The translations under genes were made by a program, and so were the position numbers. A stretch of 64,000 nt of DNA from Campylobacterota bacterium (lineage in GTDB: Bacteria > Campylobacterota > Campylobacteria > Campylobacterales > Arcobacteraceae): contig JBNJFB010000007.1 in the NCBI GenBank assembly GCA_051746405.1, positions 1 through 64,000 on the forward strand, read 5' to 3'. Shown here piece after piece: positions 60,550-64,000 of the stretch; positions within the stretch are counted from its first letter, which is position 1; every line of letters starts with the position of its first letter. Under the pieces are notes generated by a model, which was not told where the DNA came from, ran no database searches, and saw nothing but the letters and a program-made list of their open reading frames with translations.

Positions 60550-60563
60550 ACCTTAATTAACCT

Positions 60564-60914
60564 CTACTCTTCCATATCTTCAACTTCAGGCTTTAGAGTA
60601 TAAATAAAAGTATCCACCTCTAACTCATCATATCTCTCTACTGTTACAGGTGTTCTTTCAAACTCAGCACCCTCAAACTCATCTAAATAGTCCCAATTAT
60701 CTATTAGATTATCTGAATAAAAAAGGTAACCGTGAATTGTATCATCACCTCTATCTAACCTTATTCCTGGATAACCCATAGAAGCAGACCAACCTGCATC
60801 TATTAGTTTTCCTTTTACAGTTGCTGGTATAAACTTACCAATAATATTTTCTAAAACATACCCATTTGGACAATTAGGCATTAGTGTGCCATATACAAAA
60901 AGTGTCTCTTTCAT
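60564..60914 (-). CDS. Gamma-glutamylcyclotransferase (AIG2-like)
   Basis: LFVYGTL, GYPG, LDEFEG. Confidence 0.88.
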   Translation of the reverse strand: MKETLFVYGTLMPNCPNGYVLENIIGKFIPATVKGKLIDAGWSASMGYPGIRLDRGDDTIHGYLFYSDNLIDNWDYLDEFEGAEFERTPVTVERYDELEVDTFIYTLKPEVEDMEE

Positions 60915-60935
60915 CTACTCTACTTTAATTTTGAT

Positions 60936-61787
60936 TTATGATTTAAATAGTTGATAAATTGAAGAGAAGTCCTCATCACCCTTACCCATCATTTTCATTT
61001 TTGAAAACAACTCTTTTGGAATAGCTGCTGTATAAAGTGGCTTTTGCAAAGAGTAAGCCAAATCTTGTAAACAGTGCAAATCTTTATTTATTGCATCATT
61101 TGAAAAGTGAGCAGAGAACTCCTCATCTAAAAGTTTTTGAGTCTTTGCTTTTAATACAAGAGATTGTCCACCTCCAACTCCTAAGATATCCAAAGCTTGC
61201 TTTTTATCTATTTCACAATCTTGAGCTAATGATGTACACTCTGCAAGTGTAGCCATAAATGAACCCAAACATAAGTTGTTGATTAGTTTCATTTTAGATG
61301 CACTACTTGGCTTTTCTAAGTAAAAAATCTCTTTTCCAAACTTTTCCAATAGTGGCTTTACTTCATCAAATACCTCTTTTTTCCCAGAAGCTACTAAAGT
61401 TAAGGCTCCTTGTAAAGCAGGTCCTACACTTCCAAATACTGGATTTTCAAGATATTTACCTCCAATATTTTCTACTGCTTTATGAAAGTTTAATACATCA
61501 TCATAATGATTTGTTGATAAATCAATAATAGTTTTACCACTCAACTCTTCACACGAAAGTCCATCTTGCATATTTAAGATATTACTAACAGCAGATGAGT
61601 CAAAAAGACACAAAAAAACCACATTACATTTTTTAAGTATCTCTTTTGGAGTATCTACTACTTCATATCCTAAGTTTTCAACTTTTGATTTTGTTCTATT
61701 ATATACTACAAGCTCTTCACCCATTTGAGTGAGTCTTGTAGCTATTGCTTTTCCTAAATTACCAAGTCCAATAAATCCAATAGCCAT
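60936..61787 (-). CDS. Beta-hydroxyacid dehydrogenase (3-hydroxyisobutyrate dehydrogenase family)
   Basis: GFIGLGNLG, YNRT, IDLST, PVFGS, KLINN, KDL. Confidence 0.9.
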   Translation of the reverse strand: MAIGFIGLGNLGKAIATRLTQMGEELVVYNRTKSKVENLGYEVVDTPKEILKKCNVVFLCLFDSSAVSNILNMQDGLSCEELSGKTIIDLSTNHYDDVLNFHKAVENIGGKYLENPVFGSVGPALQGALTLVASGKKEVFDEVKPLLEKFGKEIFYLEKPSSASKMKLINNLCLGSFMATLAECTSLAQDCEIDKKQALDILGVGGGQSLVLKAKTQKLLDEEFSAHFSNDAINKDLHCLQDLAYSLQKPLYTAAIPKELFSKMKMMGKGDEDFSSIYQLFKS

Positions 61788-61815
61788 TAAATCATCCTTT
61801 TTTTTCTATTATTTT

Positions 61816-62208
61816 TTAAGCAAGTGGATCTTCTCCACTCTCCCATGAAGCCAAAAACTTCTCTATTAAATGAAAATCTTCGCCCTTATGTTCAGTAAAC
61901 GTTAAGTATTGATTTTTTGAATCTACTTTTAAACTATTTTTAACAATATCCATAAACCTAAGAGCCAACTCTCTTCTTTGCTCTATTGTTCGACCTTGTC
62001 TAATATCCAAATTCATCAAACATATATCTTCATTTGAGTTTGCCCTACCAATACTTAAAGAGTATTTATCATACTGCCTTAAAGATATAGCAATATGATC
62101 TTGTCCTGTATCCATAACTTCACTAAAAGCATCTCTTATTTGCTTGGCAAACTCTTCTTTTGTCTCATTGTAAACTTTTTTATTTATTTCAAACTGCAAG
62201 TGTGGCAT
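61816..62208 (-). CDS. Tautomerase-superfamily protein (Pro-1, double beta-alpha-beta)
   Basis: N-terminal (M)PHL; DIRQGRTIEQRR; 130 aa. Confidence 0.8.
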   Translation of the reverse strand: MPHLQFEINKKVYNETKEEFAKQIRDAFSEVMDTGQDHIAISLRQYDKYSLSIGRANSNEDICLMNLDIRQGRTIEQRRELALRFMDIVKNSLKVDSKNQYLTFTEHKGEDFHLIEKFLASWESGEDPLA

Positions 62209-62273
62209 TGTGTTATCCTTTCGATTTTTCTTATTTTACAAAGAGTAAGTAGCAAAAAAATAACATGAAAGAT

Positions 62274-62296
62274 ACTAGGTGAAAGTATCACCTAGT
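62274..62296 (-). terminator. Hairpin at the end of tkt
   Basis: ACTAGGTGA-AAGTA-TCACCTAGT. Confidence 0.55.
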
Positions 62297-64000
62297 TTTT
62301 AAAATCAGCTACAATATTAGCTTTTAGTTTGTCAATAGTAAATCCAAACTCATCAAATAAATCATCAGCAGGAGCTGATGCACCAAATGTATCCATACCA
62401 AATACCACATTGGCAAATCTATAGTACTCAAGTCCACGTGCTGCTTCAACAGCATATACTTTAGTATTTTTATTAATAACTTTATCAATATACTCTCTAT
62501 CTTGTTCTACAAAAAGATCATAACAAGGAACAGATACAATATTTGCATAGATTCCCTCTTCTTCTAATTGACAAGCAGTTTGTAATGCTAACATAACCTC
62601 AGAACCAGATGCCATAATTGTAATATTTGCATTATCTCTTTTTTTAAGTAAGTAAGCACCCTTTGAAACCTCACCAAAGGCTTTCTCATCTTTTAATACT
62701 CTTAACTTTTGTCTTGAACAAACAAATGCACTTGGAGCAGATAGTTTTAAAGCAGTTTTCCATGACTCAATATTTTCAGTTGCATCAGCAGGTCTAAATA
62801 CGTAGAAATTTGGTAATGCTCTAAATTGTGACAGCTGCTCAATTGGTTGGTGTGTTGGTCCATCTTCACCCACACCAATAGAGTCATGCGTCCATACAAA
62901 GTGATGAGAAATATCAGATAGTGCAGCAATTCTTGCAGCAGGTTTTAAATAATCAGAGAATACAAAAAATGTAGAAGAGAATACTTTGTATAATCCATAT
63001 AAGTTCATGGCATTTGTAATTGCAGCCATTGCATGCTCTCTAATACCAAAGTGAATATTTCTACCCATTGGGAAGTCACCCATCTCTTTTAATTCAGTTT
63101 TATTTGATGGAGCCAAATCAGCACTTCCACCTAAAAATCCTGGAATTGCTGTAGCAATTGCATTTAAGATTTTACCATTTGAATCTCTAGTAGCAACTTC
63201 ACTATCGGCTTCAAAAGTTGGATACTCTATCTTGTCATAATCAGGGTTTTGTAGTTCATCAATTTTGGCTTTTGTCTCTTTGCTTAATGAGTCATTCCAC
63301 TCATTTTCAGCAACAGAGCCTTTAATCAACTTATCAAATGCACCTTTAACATCAGCAGGTACAAAAAACTTCTCATCAGAATCAAACCCAGCTGCTTTTT
63401 TTGACTGTGCAATATCATCATCACCAAGTGGAGCACCATGTGATTTATGAGAACCCTCAAGTGTAGCACTTCCTTTTGCAATTGCAGTTTTAGCAATAAT
63501 CAAAACAGGTTTAGTAGCCTCTTTTGCAGTTTGCAAAGCTTTATCAATCTGCTCAAAATTATGTCCATCTATTTCTAGCACCTCAAAATCTATACCTTGA
63601 AATCTTTTCTTAACATTTTCAGACCATGCAATTGATGTATCACCCTCAATTGTAATTGAGTTTGAATCATAAATCACTACAAGGTTATCTAAACCTAAGT
63701 GACCAGCTGTAGCACATGCTTCATAGGAAATACCCTCTTGTAAATCACCATCACCACATAGACAATAAACATTATGATTTATTACATCTTCTCCAAGACT
63801 ACTCTTTGCATATTTTGCAGCCATTGAAAATCCAACTGCATTTGCAATACCTTGCCCTAAAGGACCTGTAGTAATTTCAATACCATGAGTATGTCCATAC
63901 TCTGGATGACCTGGAGTTTTTGAGTTTTTTTGTCTGAAATTTTTCAAATCATTTATAGAAACATTAAATCCCCATAAATGTAACAATGAATAAACTAAAC
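62292..64000 (-). CDS. tkt: Transketolase (5' end outside the window)
   Basis: TPGHPE, TTGPLGQG, GDGDLQEG, THDSIGVGEDGPTHQPIEQ; frame open to the window edge. Confidence 0.97.
   Translation of the reverse strand, partial: LVYSLLHLWGFNVSINDLKNFRQKNSKTPGHPEYGHTHGIEITTGPLGQGIANAVGFSMAAKYAKSSLGEDVINHNVYCLCGDGDLQEGISYEACATAGHLGLDNLVVIYDSNSITIEGDTSIAWSENVKKRFQGIDFEVLEIDGHNFEQIDKALQTAKEATKPVLIIAKTAIAKGSATLEGSHKSHGAPLGDDDIAQSKKAAGFDSDEKFFVPADVKGAFDKLIKGSVAENEWNDSLSKETKAKIDELQNPDYDKIEYPTFEADSEVATRDSNGKILNAIATAIPGFLGGSADLAPSNKTELKEMGDFPMGRNIHFGIREHAMAAITNAMNLYGLYKVFSSTFFVFSDYLKPAARIAALSDISHHFVWTHDSIGVGEDGPTHQPIEQLSQFRALPNFYVFRPADATENIESWKTALKLSAPSAFVCSRQKLRVLKDEKAFGEVSKGAYLLKKRDNANITIMASGSEVMLALQTACQLEEEGIYANIVSVPCYDLFVEQDREYIDKVINKNTKVYAVEAARGLEYYRFANVVFGMDTFGASAPADDLFDEFGFTIDKLKANIVADFKN

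Overview
AT-rich bacterial chromosomal segment, most consistent with Campylobacterota, probably Arcobacteraceae (inferred from mqnE, the HP0268-family/miaB/DUF374 cluster, FliW and Campylobacterota-type sensor kinases). It is mostly core genes: pyrB, argD, pyk, bioF, mqnE, miaB, nusA, cysS, rpsF-ssb-rpsR, holA, rnr, ilvC, dprA, murC, dapC, tgt, gatC, sfsA, tkt. An ~11 kb accessory block (about 2345-13571) separates pabB from its usual pabC-like partner. It carries arsR-B-C-D-A-P-thioredoxin, sulP-usp, a decayed TraR/DksA gene, a DUF1016/YhcG nuclease, a Cj0069-family ATP-grasp gene and a hydrolase. The most notable signals are (1) a ~220-nt sulP leader with a long G-U-rich hairpin, a mutually exclusive alternative helix and tiny uORFs, a candidate RNA switch; (2) two in-frame DNA palindromes inside the DUF1016 gene that encode its repeated VQxxVG peptide; (3) a stand-alone wHTH-HipA (YjjJ-like) kinase with GTTAAC-centred palindromes upstream; and (4) a 522-aa protein that may be a PilM-PilN-PilO fusion at the flagellar-cage locus. 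No rRNA, tRNA, CRISPR array, transposase or integrase was recognised. All calls come from motif recognition by eye; no database searches or folding programs were run.
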